DNA of 64,000 nt from Pristiophorus japonicus (taxonomy: Eukaryota): contig NC_091994.1 of assembly GCF_044704955.1 (NCBI RefSeq), positions 107,260,001 to 107,324,000 of the forward strand, given 5' to 3'. Positions 39,386-52,587 of this stretch are shown here, one piece after another (within the stretch, counting starts at the first letter, position 1; each line of letters opens with the position of its first letter). The notes under the pieces were generated by a model, which ran no database searches, was not told the origin of the DNA, and saw only the letters and a list, made by a program, of their open reading frames with translations. A program made the translations under genes and the position numbers.

Positions 39386-41571
39386 TGGTAACTAATTCAG
39401 GACTAATGAAACAACAGGTGTAACATATTAAAAACAAACTCAGATACAAGAATGCTATCAATTAATAACAGTTAAAAATACAAATCTGTAATTACGCACA
39501 ATGGGTAGGGTTCACACCAAGCATTTTAATTTTGAGTATTAATCCAAAACCATCAGTTAATTGAAAGTCTGGGCTTTTGAAAGTCAATAAATGTGAAATG
39601 TTTTTCTATCTAAAAAGGCATCATCAAAATTTACTGGGATCAAAATTTAAACCAGGGATTTGTTCTGATTTATCATGCCCTACTTTGTTTTTTATAGTGT
39701 AAGTGAGAGAAATTACCATTTCTAATTACATTTCACAGAATAGCAGTATATAAAGTCAATTAGAAATCCAAACGCTTCTTGGAATTATGCTGCCTTTTTA
39801 AAAACACAACTCCGACCTGAAGATTATCACTGTCTATTCATGAGAAACTGAGGCTTGGATTAACAGTTCTCTACAAAAGGTGCAGCTACTGAACGAAAAA
39901 AACAGGAAATTAACCCTAATGTTACTGGCATTTTTCATAACATGCCTCAAAAGACCCATAATTACTGAAAACCAATCAATTCAATTAAATTGATGTACCA
40001 AAGTGTACACAGCACCTTAAATTTGCATTGTATTGCTGGTAAATTGACTACAAAGCTAAAAACACACTGAAACAAATGAAAGTCAGACTAATGCTTTGAT
40101 ATGAAAATCATATAGGATTCTTGAGAAAGGTCATGCCTTTTCAATTACTGATGAGAGCTGCACATACTCTTTCCATTCATAATTTATTACAAAAGGAGAG
40201 CCTTCTCCAGCTCCTGGACCAAGAATCGTTGCCAGATTCCACACAAGGGCTTTAAAACATTCAGTGGGTCCACTCTCAACCTCAAATACGGTTTCAAGCA
40301 ACCTGTTCCAACTTTAGATAAGCACAACTGGTGCTTTATTTTAATTTTTTGCAAATATTTCCAACAATACTGAGAGACCCCCGTTTTGTGCACTACTTCA
40401 GCAACCCAATACCCTTTCTGCATCCACAGCTGCAATACTACCTAAATTAAAATGGATCCATCTGCAACAGTGGCATCCCCTTTAGACTTACTCCATTTAT
40501 TGTTCCTTTCTTCCATTGAGCATACTACACTGCTCCAATATTTTTAACATTTCCATTAGTTATTCAAGATTTTAGCTGGTCCTCTCTTGGCACTAGTATT
40601 TGGCTGAATGGATTATCAAAATCATTTTAGTCATAAAATATTCATTCAGATGAGTCTGAGGTATAAAATACATTACCAAAGAATATGTGCTCTAAATGTA
40701 TTGTTGAACCATGCTTTACAAAGGATTACATATAGGAGTGTATACGATAGGGTTTAGATGGCATGATAATCTTGAGGTGTTCATCACAATAACTACCGAG
40801 AGAGAGAAAAATAATAGTTTTGTCTTGCCAAACTACCTACTCCTGAAGCTACACAATGAAGGCAATTTACGAGAAAGAAAGCAAGAAAGCCAAAAAGAAA
40901 AAGAAAGAAATTTACTAAAAATGCAGGAAAAAAATGCAAGAATGCAAAAGACGGCATTTATATAGCGCCTTTCATGACGTCCGGACACCCCAAAGGACTT
41001 CACAGCCAATTGAGTAAATTTACTCTAGATAGAAATTAGTTTCTTTTCAACCTTCCTCAAGGTGACGGCCAGCAAAGCTCCAGGACCTCATCTAAATGAC
41101 CAATCTTAACACGAGCATTATTGAACGGTTTTTGAAAGATACTCCAACTACACCTGATTGTATCTTTATTTGACCTCTATATAAATCCACTTTCTAGCAA
41201 GGATTACTAGCTAGGGATCAGGGCTAAGAATCCTGGCTGAGCGTTTCCTGTTTTTGCCCACTTGTTTGATCTCCATGAGTTTGCAACGATAAGTTAAGTT
41301 AGCTTTGCTCCTTTGGATGCTGACTTCACAAAAAGGTGGGCTTCGGTTCATTTTTGACATCTATTGTGGCAAACAGCCAAATTGGGCACTGATTTGCTTT
41401 GCGTGCAGCACACAATTCAAGTAAGTTTGCAGCCATTTTCTTAAACTACGCAGGATAACAGTGCAATTCAGTGGACTGCACTTTCCTTTCATTCGGAAAC
41501 AGCCAATGTATTAAACACAAGTGTCACAATCAGCATTGGGAAAATTTAAAACTTATAAATAATAACATTTT

Positions 41572-41955
41572 CAGTTATATAGTGCATTGTCATGTCAAAA
41601 CAACATAAAGCACTTCACATAATTAATTACTTCTGAACTACAGAAATCAGCTATTCTGTACCAGGAACACCCCACAAACAACAATGACCAGCTCATCTCT
41701 TTTTTTTGTGTGATATCAATTGAAGGAAGAATGTTTTGCCAGGACACTAGGACAACACCCATCTCCTTAAAAAGTACCATGAGGTCTTTAGCTTCCAAAT
41801 GAACCACCGGAAGAGACGTATGGGACCTTGGGTTATCATATCCAAAGGTTCCTACTGCACTGGAACACCAACCTAGATAATGAGCTCAAGTCCTGGTTTT
41901 GGGCACAAACTCATAAACCCTCTGACTCGGGTGAAAGAACTCCCAACTGAGCCAG
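41572..41955 (-). mobile_element. Old Deu-domain SINE copy
   Basis: Degenerate match to 8727-9150. Confidence 0.55.
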
Positions 41956-44714
41956 GATAACATTATTACAAAGGCAAAATACTGTGGATGCTGGAAATCT
42001 GAAATAGAAAACAGAAAATGCTGGAAATACTCATTAGGCTTGCAAACATAAATTTGTATAAAATTCTGTAAGTCTCTTAAAGTACTCATGAACCTATTGC
42101 ATTAACCAGCATGGGGTGTCCATCCTTTCACACTTACTAGTATGATTTGCATTAATGTGATAGTTAAACATGAGAACAGCTCATTGAAACAGTAATTGAG
42201 ACCATGAGAATTTTCAGGCACAGCAATTTGGGTAACATTACATTTCAGTTAGATAAAGAGACCAGCATTGCTGCTAACGGAATACCTTAAGATGCAGCAT
42301 ATTTATTTTGTGCCATCTGACACTAGTCATTAAAACAGCTTGGCTATTTATGCAAATGTAGCCCTGTCTCCTTGTGATCAATCCTTTACATGGAGCTATG
42401 TCTTAAATATAACCACGGCAGAACTCTGAAATTCACACAATGTGCAAGTGGTCTAATTTTATATTCCTCCTCTCAATAATGTATTAGTTGCAATGGTATT
42501 ACAAAATAAGCACATTATATAACTCTCCAATAATTAACTAAATCCCACTTCACCAAAGAAAAGTGTCATTCAGTGGATTTTTAAGAAAAAGCAGCTCTCG
42601 AAGCTGATACTGAACATTGAACATTCCCCAAACCTGGTAACATCCAACCCAAGCATTCCCATTACAAATAAATGCACACACTGGCTTTGCATATTTAGCG
42701 ATTTATAATTTAATACTGAAATTATGAAACATACCAGATAAAAAAACCAAGTCAGGAATGATCCTTTGTTAAGCTCCACACAAACATCAGCTTATTCATT
42801 TTTGTTGTTGATATGTACTATTCAACTTAACCATACAATCTAGTTTGCACATACAAGATACAGACCAGTCCTGATAATGCCTACTGTATACCTAAATGGC
42901 CTGGGCGCAAGCCAATCTGTTACAAAACAGGATAGCTGCTGGATATCAGAAGAAAATAATGAGGTTTGCTGGAATACTGTGAGCACTAATGAGAATCAAC
43001 ACAATCACTACTGACAAGATAAATCATGCAGAAAATGCACATATTTCTCAGAAAAATAATAAACTTGATTTGAAGCATGATCAACCATAAATTGGCAGTC
43101 AACAAGGATATCCTGTTAGGAATACATATACACAAGACATGATGCACTTCCACTATGAAAACTGCAGAACAAATTTAACTCCTTTGTAGACTAATGCAAC
43201 TTATCCCTTCAGTTAAAATGTCATAGCACAGTGATCGGCATTCCACTCCTAAACCATTATAAGCAGCCTCCCAACTAACCCTTCTTCCCTCGTATCATCT
43301 TTCTCAACCACTGGAGTCCCCCAACTTGTTTTTTTTTTAAAAACCTCGTCTTCTACCAATTATTAAAAAATATCTCAGGCTTCCAATTAAATGCTGAAAC
43401 TACATTCTCATAATACAAATCATATTGAAAACTTCACCCAAGTGGCTATTATTCACTTGTGAGCATTAAACTTTTTACAGGATATTCGACTGCAAAGGAA
43501 ATCACAACTAATCCTAATTCCATCCCCCCCGTCCCTCATCTTCCAGCAGAGATCACTGAATAATGACTAAGTATGAGACTTCAACGAGTTTCTCCTCCCG
43601 AAAACAGAGGTGATGAGACAAATTTTAACGCCCTACTGATGTCCCAGCTCTGTAGCTAACTCAGAGACTGGGGTTTAAACCTGGATCTTTCTGGTGTGTA
43701 TAACTCAGCTACTCACTGGATAATCCCGCTCAGTAATCAGGAGAGCCCTAGGTCCATTGTTGTATATACATAATGAATTTATTACCGAAAAGAGTCAATA
43801 ACTGATAGCCAACTTGCTGATGAAGTCGAACACCATCAACCCTTGAAAGATCATTTGCATTGCATGTATTTATACAGAAATAATGCACTCTTCAGGTACC
43901 AAAGAGTAGAACATTTCAAATTAGTTTAAAACTATTGTCAGAAGCTTGAATTCTAAATTGGCAATTCAGCCTTCCCCAACAGAAAAAAAGCAAAAGCAAT
44001 TCAAAGTTCAGCGCTGTGTTTAAAATGGTCATATCTAGACCTGTATGAATAGAATGGACCCAGTGGTCCAAAGATGGAGATAGTTGGTACTCATGGTTTG
44101 TGGCCTCAACATTGAAACCCCAATGAGCTTCCAAACATGCATACACAGTTCTCTTGGAAAACAGCTGATTAAGGCAATAAATATAGTTAGCTGGCTTCAA
44201 GACAGAAAGCAGAAAGGAGGGGTAAAGGGTTTATTCACAGTGGCAGAAGGTGGGTAATGCTGTTCCACAAGGATCAGTGCTGGGACCACGGTTATTCAAA
44301 ATTTATATTAATGATTTAAACTTTGGAATCAAAAACACAATTTCTAAATTTGCTGCAGATAACACCAAGTTTGGGGGGTGGTGGGGGAAGCAGGGGTGGG
44401 GGGGCGGGGGGAAGAGAGTCAATGCTGAAGTGGACGGCAAAAAAATTACAGGAGGACATTAATAAACTTGCAGAATGACATATCATTGGCAAATGAATTT
44501 TAATACAGATAAATGTGAGATATTACATTTTGGTAGGAAGAACAAGGAGGTCACTCAGAGGGTGCAAGTTTGGGTGGGGTAGGGGAACAAAGGGAACTCA
44601 GAATACAAATACACAAAGAAGTGAATTATACACAAATCACTAATAGTAGCGACACAGGTTAACTAACAATGCCTTAAAAAAAGGAAACCAAGCACCCGAG
44701 TTTATTTCTAGAGG

Positions 44715-45773
44715 CAAAAGCAAAATACTGCAGATGCTGGAATCTTAAATAAAAGCAGCAAATGCTGGAAATACTCAGCAGGTCAGGCAGCATCTGTAGA
44801 GAGAAACAGAGTTAACGTTTCAGGTCGATGACCCTTCGTCAGAACTGGAAAAAGTTAGAGATGTAACAGATTTTTAAGCAAGTGTAGGGGCAGGGAAAGT
44901 GGGAGGGGAGGAAAGAACAAAAGGGAAGGTCTGTGATAGAATGGATGGCAGAAGAGATTAAAAGACAAAGGGATGATGGTATAAGGCAAAAGGAGATGGT
45001 AATGGATCAAGTTAACTAAAGATGAGTTTAGATAGGGTATAAATGGAGAAGGCAGAATTATCATTAGCTGCTGCAAGAAAGAGAGAAAAAAAACAGGAAA
45101 AAAGTATACTAAATTGAAAGTACAAAAAATGTTCAGGTGAAACAGTGATTTACTTGTACTTCTTTCAATTTAGTGTACTGTATTCGCTGTTCACGGTGTG
45201 GTCTCTATATTGGAGAGACCAAACGCAGATTGGGTGACCACTTTGCAGAACACCTCCGTTCAGTCCGTAAGCATGACCCCGAGCTTCCAGTCGCCTGAGT
45301 CTTTAATTCTCTGCTCCACTCCCATTCGGATCTCTCTGTACTCATCTTTCGTTTCGGCACTTTACAGCCTTCTGGACTCAACATCGAGTTCAACAATCTC
45401 AAACCATAATTTTTGTTATTTTTTTCTTATTGGTTTCTTTCTCTTTCCCACGGTCTCTGTTGCTGATTCTGTCGTTCTCATTTACACCCTTTCTAGACTC
45501 ATCTTTTGTTTCTTAACTTGTCCCATTACCATCTCCTTTAGCCTTGCACCATTATCACTTTTGTCTCTTAATTTCTTCTGCCTTCTATCCTATCACAGAC
45601 CTTCCTTTTTGTTCTTTCTTCCCCTTCCCCTTCCCTTACACTTGCTTAAAAATCTGTTACATCTCTATTTTTTTCCAGTTCTGACAAAGGTTAATAGAAC
45701 TGAAATATTAACTGTTTCGCTCTCCACATACGCTGCCTGACCTACTGTATATTTCCAGCATTTTCTGTTTTTA
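44715..45773. mobile_element. Penelope-like element: inverted terminal segment plus GIY-YIG 3' fragment on the + strand
   Basis: ~45165-45270 encodes NLVYCIRCSRCGLYIGETKRRLGDHFAEHLRSV. TSD TTTATTTCT(A/C)GAGG at 44701-44714 and 45774-45787. Confidence 0.85.
44808..44848 (-). ncRNA. Minimal type I hammerhead ribozyme motif in the Penelope terminal repeat
   Basis: Minus strand AGTT-CTGACGA-AGGGTCATCGACCT-GAAAC-GTTA-ACT. Confidence 0.7.
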
Positions 45774-46208
45774 TTTATTTCTCGAGGAATAGAACTGAAA
45801 AGTAGTGAAGTTATGCAAGACTTGCATCAAACCTTGGTTAGAATACACTTTGGAGTACTGCGTATAATTCTGGTCGCCATATTATAAAAAGGATATAGAA
45901 GCACTGGAGAGGTCGTTGAGAAAATTTTTCAGAATGATACAAGAAATGCGAGGGTATACCTATCAGGAAAGGATGAACAGGCTGGGTCTCTCTTCTCTCG
46001 AAAAAAGGCTGAGGGGTGACCTAATAAAGGACTTTAAAATTATGAAAGGTTTTGAGAGCGTGGATACAAAGAGCTTGTTTCCACTTGTGGGGCCATATAA
46101 GATAGTCACCAAGAAATCAAATAGGGAATTCAGAAGAAACTTCTTTGCCCAAAGAGTGGTGCGAATGTGGAACTCGCTACCACAGGGAGTGGTTCAATGA
46201 ATAATATA

Positions 46209-46684
46209 GTGACGGAGGTTCGGCGAATGTTTGGTGCGGAGGGAGATCGTGGCAGAGGTGCGGTGAGTGTTTTTGTGGCGGAGGAGCGGTGAGGGATCGT
46301 GGCGGAGGTGTGGTGAATGTTTATGGCAGAGGAGCAGCAAGAGATCATGGCTGAAGTGCGGTGAATGAGGGTACGGGGCCCAGAAGAGCTGAGGGCACAG
46401 GTGCAGCACGGGCCAGCTCACATTGTGATGTGTGTGTGTGTGCACTAGGTCCGTGCAGCAGAGCAGGTGTCCAGTCGTCCTGGTTAATCCTTGCCACTGG
46501 ATAAAGGCCTAGCTTTGTCAAGCCCGTGTGGTGGCTGGTGTACAACCCTCACCCCACGTTAACAAAAATCCACGCACAGGCATCTTCCACCCCCTCAACT
46601 GGAGCTCAGGACTTGAACATCGGGTCCTTCATTGAAACATCTGTGAACTCATGTGGAAGCAAGTCATCCTCGTTCGAGGGACCA
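46209..46684 (+). mobile_element. Non-autonomous RTE-derived element with a tandem-repeat head
   Basis: Body matches 36821-37363; preceded by repeats of GATCGTGGCGGAGGTGCGGTGAATG-like units. Confidence 0.8.
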
Positions 46685-47140
46685 CATGGACAGGTTGGGC
46701 CAAATGGCCTGTTTCTGTGTCATATATCCTTATTAATCCTGTGTAAAAAAGTAGTTAAGACTGCAGATCTGAAAGCAGCAGGTAGGGGTACTACAAATGG
46801 CCTTGGCATGATTCAGCTGTGGAGGACATGGGTGGGCTCCTCGTCGCCAGCCTCTCTGTGTTGCTGCAGCGTGGGACCCGATCACCATCATACCGGCTAC
46901 TGGTGTGTCCCGCCCCTATCCCAGGCCGGCCTGCTACCTTCCCAGGCTAAAGATGAAGGTAGGGTAGGACTTACTTACATCTATTTTTTATTTGGATATT
47001 TTGAAAAATTATGTAAATATGTTTTGTCTCGAATAGTGGTGACCACTTGTCAAGTCTATTCACCTGGTGAAAGAAGAACATAAGTGACGGAGGAACACAA
47101 AGAATTTTATTTATTGAAATCGACTTTATTTAGATAATAT

Positions 47141-47689
47141 GGGCTCAATTTTGGCCTGGTATAATCATTGCAAACAAATAGTTGTTTAAATTAGTTGAGA
47201 TTAGGGCAATTTAATTCAACTATCTTTTATTTATTTTATTTTTGTAGTTTAAGCTTCCATGAATGCTTCTGTTGTATATTAAATTAACTTTGCAAAGTTT
47301 GTCATATGATGTCCTGTATCGCTGTTTGATCCTATTCATATTCTTTAGTCAAGTCATTAAGTTCTGCTGGCCTCCGACGTATCTACTTGCACTCCTGCGC
47401 TGATTTCTAAATTCTCCACGAGGGTTTTCTGAAGTGGTCACATACTTTGGCCTAAGTAGATTTGGAGTAACTATTAGCTGGCCAAAGTGGCCTAAATGGC
47501 CAAAATTGGCGTAGGTGGCTGGTAACGCCGCCTTTTGAGAAAAACTAAAAACTTAAAAAAAAAAAATCGCAACTAACTCACTTACACTGGCGCAAATTGA
47601 ATGTGCAAAATGGGGGTTTTTAAAGATACTCCAGAAAGATCAAGTTGTTCCCAAAAAAACCGGATCAATTCCTGGCCAATTTTGAGCCC
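47141..47689. mobile_element. MITE (Harbinger/Tourist-like)
   Basis: TIRs GGGCTCAATTTTGGCCTGG and CCTGGCCAATTTTGAGCCC. The right subterminus resembles 6725-6839. Confidence 0.75.
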
Positions 47690-48379
47690 ATTGTGAATGT
47701 AAATAAATTATGCAAATGTGAAGAGTTAGATATTTCAATAGATGAATTCTGCAGAAAATGTATATAATGTGTTACTGCTGAGCTACAAAACTATCTTGGG
47801 TTATCTTCACTTAAATGTAGGGATATAGGAGAGAGATTGCCACAATTCAGGCAGCATGAGCTTCAGGACAGACAAGATAATCTTAACTCAGGGACTTAAA
47901 AGTATAAAACAAGATTTCAAAAGCACCTTGGACAGACTACTGCTGGAAAATCAGAGCAGGCAAAGACATAGGCTAATGTAAGTAGACGGTGTTCTTTTGA
48001 GCCTGGAGGTCATTCGCACGATAAAAGATGGCAGGGGATCTACCTCACATATTTTACTGGACTTCTAAGTGAGGAAAGCATCCCATCAAGACTCCTCTTT
48101 TTGGAACGTAAAAAATTACCATTTAAATGTCCATGGCACTTGAGGAAAATGGCTTGGAGCGCACCAGCATAACGGAAATTATTTAACATATACAGAGCTG
48201 AAGAACCGTGCAGGAATTTTACTTCAATTGATTATAACTCATCTCCCTAATATTGCACTGTTTATGCAGCCCCACCAGCATTTCTGCAGTAATTTGAATA
48301 AACAGCACACAGTCCAACTGCTTACTCGCACGATTACTGCGGGGGGTTCAGTAGTCTGCATTTTTCCATATCTCTTATA

Positions 48380-49855
48380 AATCATAGAATGGTTACTGCA
48401 CAGGAGGCGGCTATTCGGCCCATCGAGCAAATGCTGGCTCTCTGCAAGAGCACCTCAGTCAGTCCCACTCCCCTGCCCTTTCCCCGTAGCCCTGCAAATC
48501 CTTTTTCTTCAGGTATGTGATATATTCACAGAGCACAAGCACACACAGCTTCCAACATGGCAGGCAGCTCTCTCGGAAGCCTCCAGAAATCTACCTGGTT
48601 CTGTTTAATGATTAACTCTGCAATTGCAGTACACAATACGTCCACATCCACAGTGTGGAGCTACAAATATTACAAGCTTAGACATTACAAGGTACTTATC
48701 CAATTCCTTTTGAAAGCCACGATTGAGTCTGCCTCCACCACCCTTTCAGGCCGTGCATACCAGATCCTAACCACTCGCTGCGTGAAATGTTTTTCCTCCT
48801 GTCGCCTTTGATTCTTCTGCCAATCACCTTAAATCTGTGTCCTCTGGTTCTCGACCCTTTCGCCAATGGGAGAAGTCCCTCATCCCTGGAGCAATTCTTG
48901 TAAATCTTTTCTGCACCCTCTCCAAGGCCTTCACATCCTTCCTAAAGTGCGGTGCCCAGAATGGGACAGAGTATTCCCGTTGGGGCTGAACCAGTGTTTT
49001 CTAAAGGTTCATCATAACTTCCTTGCTTTTGTACTCTATGCCTCTATTTATGAAGCCCAGAATTCCGTATGCTTTTTTAACCGCTTTCTCAACCTGCCCT
49101 GCCACCTTCAGCGATTTGTGCACACATACCTCCAGGTCTCTGTTCCTGCACCCACTTTAGAATTGTACCCTTTAGTTTATATTGCCTCTCCTCGCTCTTC
49201 CTACCAAAATATATCACTTTCCACTTTTCTGCGTTAAATTTCATCTGCCACATATCTGCCCATTCCATCAGCCTGTCTATGTCTTCTTGAAGTTCTATCA
49301 CTATCCTCCTCGTGTTCACTATACTTCCAAGTTTTGTGACATCTGCAAATTTTGAAATTGTGCCCTGTACACCCAAGTCGAAGACATTAATATATATCAC
49401 GAAAAGCAGTGGTCCTCGTACCGACCCCTGGGCAAAAACTACTGTGTACCTTCCTCCAGTCCAAAAAACAACTGTTCACCACTACTCTCTGTTTCCTATC
49501 ACTTTGTCGGTTTCATATCCATGCTGCCACTGTCCCTTTTATTCCATGGTCTTCAACTTTGCAGGCAAGCCTATTATGTGGCACTTTATCAAGCACCTTT
49601 TGGAAGTCCACGTACACCACATCAACCGCATTGACTCATCAACCCTCTCTGATACCTCATCAAAAAACCCGATCAAGTTAGTTAAACATGATTTGTCTTT
49701 AACAAATTCGAGCTGGCTTTCCTTAATTAATCCATACTTAACAAGTGACTTAATTTTGTCCCTGATTATTGTTTCTAAAAGCCTCCCCACTACCGAAGGT
49801 TAAATTGACTGGCCAGTAGTTGCTGGGTTTATCCTTACACACTTTTTTGAACAAA
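48380..49855 (-). mobile_element. CR1 LINE fragment
   Basis: KSCLTNLIGFF, ISKFADVTKLG, WQMKFNAEK. Confidence 0.85.
48516..48689. mobile_element. Putative solo LTR (174 bp)
   Basis: TGTGAT...ATTACA termini with a 5-bp TSD AGGTA, interrupting the CR1. Confidence 0.7.
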
Positions 49856-50814
49856 TGCAGCCAACAGGCACCACCTCTCAGACCTTCATCCACTGACGTT
49901 CTTGGCTTCCATGCTGTCTCTTTCCCAAATCTCTTTCACTGCGAATGTTGGCTCCATGAAGCAGTTTCCCTTTTGCACCAAGAATCTCTACCTTGAACAA
50001 CTGTTAACTTTCTATAAAGTCCGCTGAATTTTGTTCCAACAGCTGGGGAAACTCAAGCGCACTGGATAGGATACCAGAAATAAGTCACCAGACAGGCAAT
50101 CCCCTCACCACCAGCATCCAATCTCCTTCTCAACATCTGCTTTTACACTGGATTAAGTCAGTGCTGCCACCTGGCACTCATGCAAAAGGAAGCAACCCCA
50201 AAGAAAAGTTTTGATCTGATCAAGGATCTACACGCAAAATGTTAACTTGCCTGTTCCCTCCACAGATACTATTCGACCTGCTGAGTACTTCTCGGATTTT
50301 GTGTTTTTGTCCTAAAGAAAGATTAACCAAGGCTAGCAACCAAGATGACCATTTTACATCAAACCTTCCCAGCAACCAGTTTATTTGGGGTAGTCGCTAG
50401 CTGCACAAGGCAACATGTGAGGAGCCAGCAGCAGAGGCTCAGATCTTGTGCCAATGTAAAACCAGCTTTACTCAGCTCTATTTTGTCAATATTGCTATGT
50501 TCATTATTCATTTGAATTTTCCTTTTTTTCCTATGCTCGAAATACATTAAACATACTTTCCCTCCTCCCTGCACCTTCAGTGTGCTGCAGTCAACGTTTA
50601 TTTCTGCTCCAACTCATTCAATTCCAGGTCCTGAAAATTGTGGCAATCCCAATCATCAACATTTGACAGACAATTAAAAACACCAAGTCTGCCAACAAAC
50701 TATTCTATTTACCTCATCTTCTATCCTAATCTAGTCAGTCTTGGTGATGTCCAGTGGTATGGACCATTAACCGAGGTTTCTCAAAAATAAGGTTACCCGG
50801 TTGTCTATTAATCA

Positions 50815-51382
50815 CTTCAAAGCGCTGGAGAAGTACCACCAGCTCTGCCTCCGCAAGATCCTGCAAATCCACTGGGAGGACACACCAACGTCAGTGTTCT
50901 CGCTCAAGCCAACATCCCCAGCATCGAAGTACTGACCACCCTCGACCAGCTCCGTTGGGCGGGCCACATCGTCCTTATGCCAGACACGAGACTCCCGAAG
51001 CAAGCGCTCTACTCGGAACTCCTACATGGCAAGCGAGCCCCAGGTGGGCAGAGGAAACACTTCAAAGACATCCTCAAAGCCTCCTTGATAAAGTGTAACA
51101 TCCCCACCGGCACCTGGGAATCCCTGGCCCAATGCCACCCAAAGTGGAGGAAGAGCATCCGGGAGGGCACTGAGCACCTAGAGTCTCGTCGCCAAGAGCA
51201 TGTAGAAATCAAGCGCAGACAGCAGAAGGAGCGTGCGGCAAACCAGGCTCCCCACCCACCCTTTCCTTCAACCACTGTCTGCCCCACCTGTTAGAGACTG
51301 TAATTCCTGCATTGGACTGGAGCAGAGAACTCATTTTTTGAGTGGAAGCAAGTCTTCCTCGATTTCAAGGGACTGCCTATGA
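50815..51382 (+). mobile_element. RTE LINE 3' fragment
   Basis: MPDTRLPKQALYSEL and the RTE 3' terminus. Confidence 0.9.
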
Positions 51383-52550
51383 ATCTACATCCTAGAACTA
51401 TTAAGAATAATAATAGTGTATACTTTGACTCACTGTGATCAATACCCAGGAGATCCACTGAGTGCTTAAAATGGAAATAGTCAGAAAAAAATAATAAAGG
51501 TGCTCAATTAATTCTAAATTACTTGTGAATGTTTTATTATTAAAAGAGGCTCATGACAGAAAGACTTGTTCATGAAGACATTCACTGGAAGTCAAATCAC
51601 AGCACTATAATTTCTCACCTTGATTGTTACAAATCTCAGACACAAAAAAAAATTAGTGAAATTACTTACACTGAAGCAAATGTCTGCAATCCGATAAAGA
51701 AAAAACAGCAAATAAAAAGACAAAAGACTCATTTTTATTCTATCCAAAAATTCTACTACAGATAAACATGCATACAGATTTCCACTCCGTGTTTGGGTAT
51801 AAAAAGCACAGAAACAAACAATAGAAATGCAACTATTTATCGGAGCAATACACCTTAATTGGCATGTTTTGCAGTAAAGTCGCTAATATTACAATTCTAC
51901 CAGTAATCCACCATATAAAAACAGAATTAAATTACATGAAGAGTAGCACTCCTACAGGTCCTGCTAGGCTTTTGAATGTGGGCAGCTTGAGCTGTTGTTG
52001 CATATTCCTGATTTTCTGCCATTTGATTTCAATATCCCAGAATTTCTTCGGCAAGTGATATAGCAAGTGGAGTAACGGACTCAGGGTTGTTTCTGTTGCT
52101 TATAGAAACATAGAAATCGTGAAAGAGTGCGGTTGGGAGCCCATTGAACCAGGTATTTCACACAAAGTCATAATTTAAAACCAGGCCCTCTGAAGGAGGC
52201 AGGGTAAATTATGCAATGCAGATAAACTAAACGCAAATTCTGAAAATCCTATAACAGAACAGTCAGCGTTGCAAAAAAACTATTGGTCCATCAGCAGCTG
52301 AAAAGCAAAGGATGGTCACAAAATGCATGGATCATTCATCAAAACTGCTGCCTGTTTTGAAGAAGGGTCTGCACTCAAAGCATCTATCTTTTCAGATACT
52401 GATGGACCGGAAGTGTATTTGCAGCATTTTCTGCTTTTATTTCAGGAATACGTTCTGCTTTTATATCAGGAAAAAAAGACAGATACTTTATATTTACAGT
52501 AACAGCTCCATCATTTTATCTTCTTACAAAACAGCAGAGTGCCCACTCAC

Positions 52551-52587
52551 TCTTTGTAGACTGCAGTAACATTTCCCTTCATGTTTT
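52551..52587 (-). other. Candidate 37-nt exon of an unidentified host gene
   Basis: Minus strand: TTTCTCTTTTTTCAG acceptor and GTGAGT donor in non-repetitive DNA. Splice signals are the only support. Confidence 0.3.

Larger units (their letters stand above)
44150..46745 (+). mobile_element. CR1 fragment hosting Penelope and RTE-derived insertions
   Basis: Motifs [36 protein letters not shown]. Confidence 0.85.

Noticed and set aside
46209-46370. CRISPR-like repeat array
   Set aside because: Degenerate tandem repeat without unique spacers, in eukaryotic DNA.
51950-52110. Possible minus-strand coding exon
   Set aside because: An open frame exists, but I recognise no protein and see no convincing splice pair.
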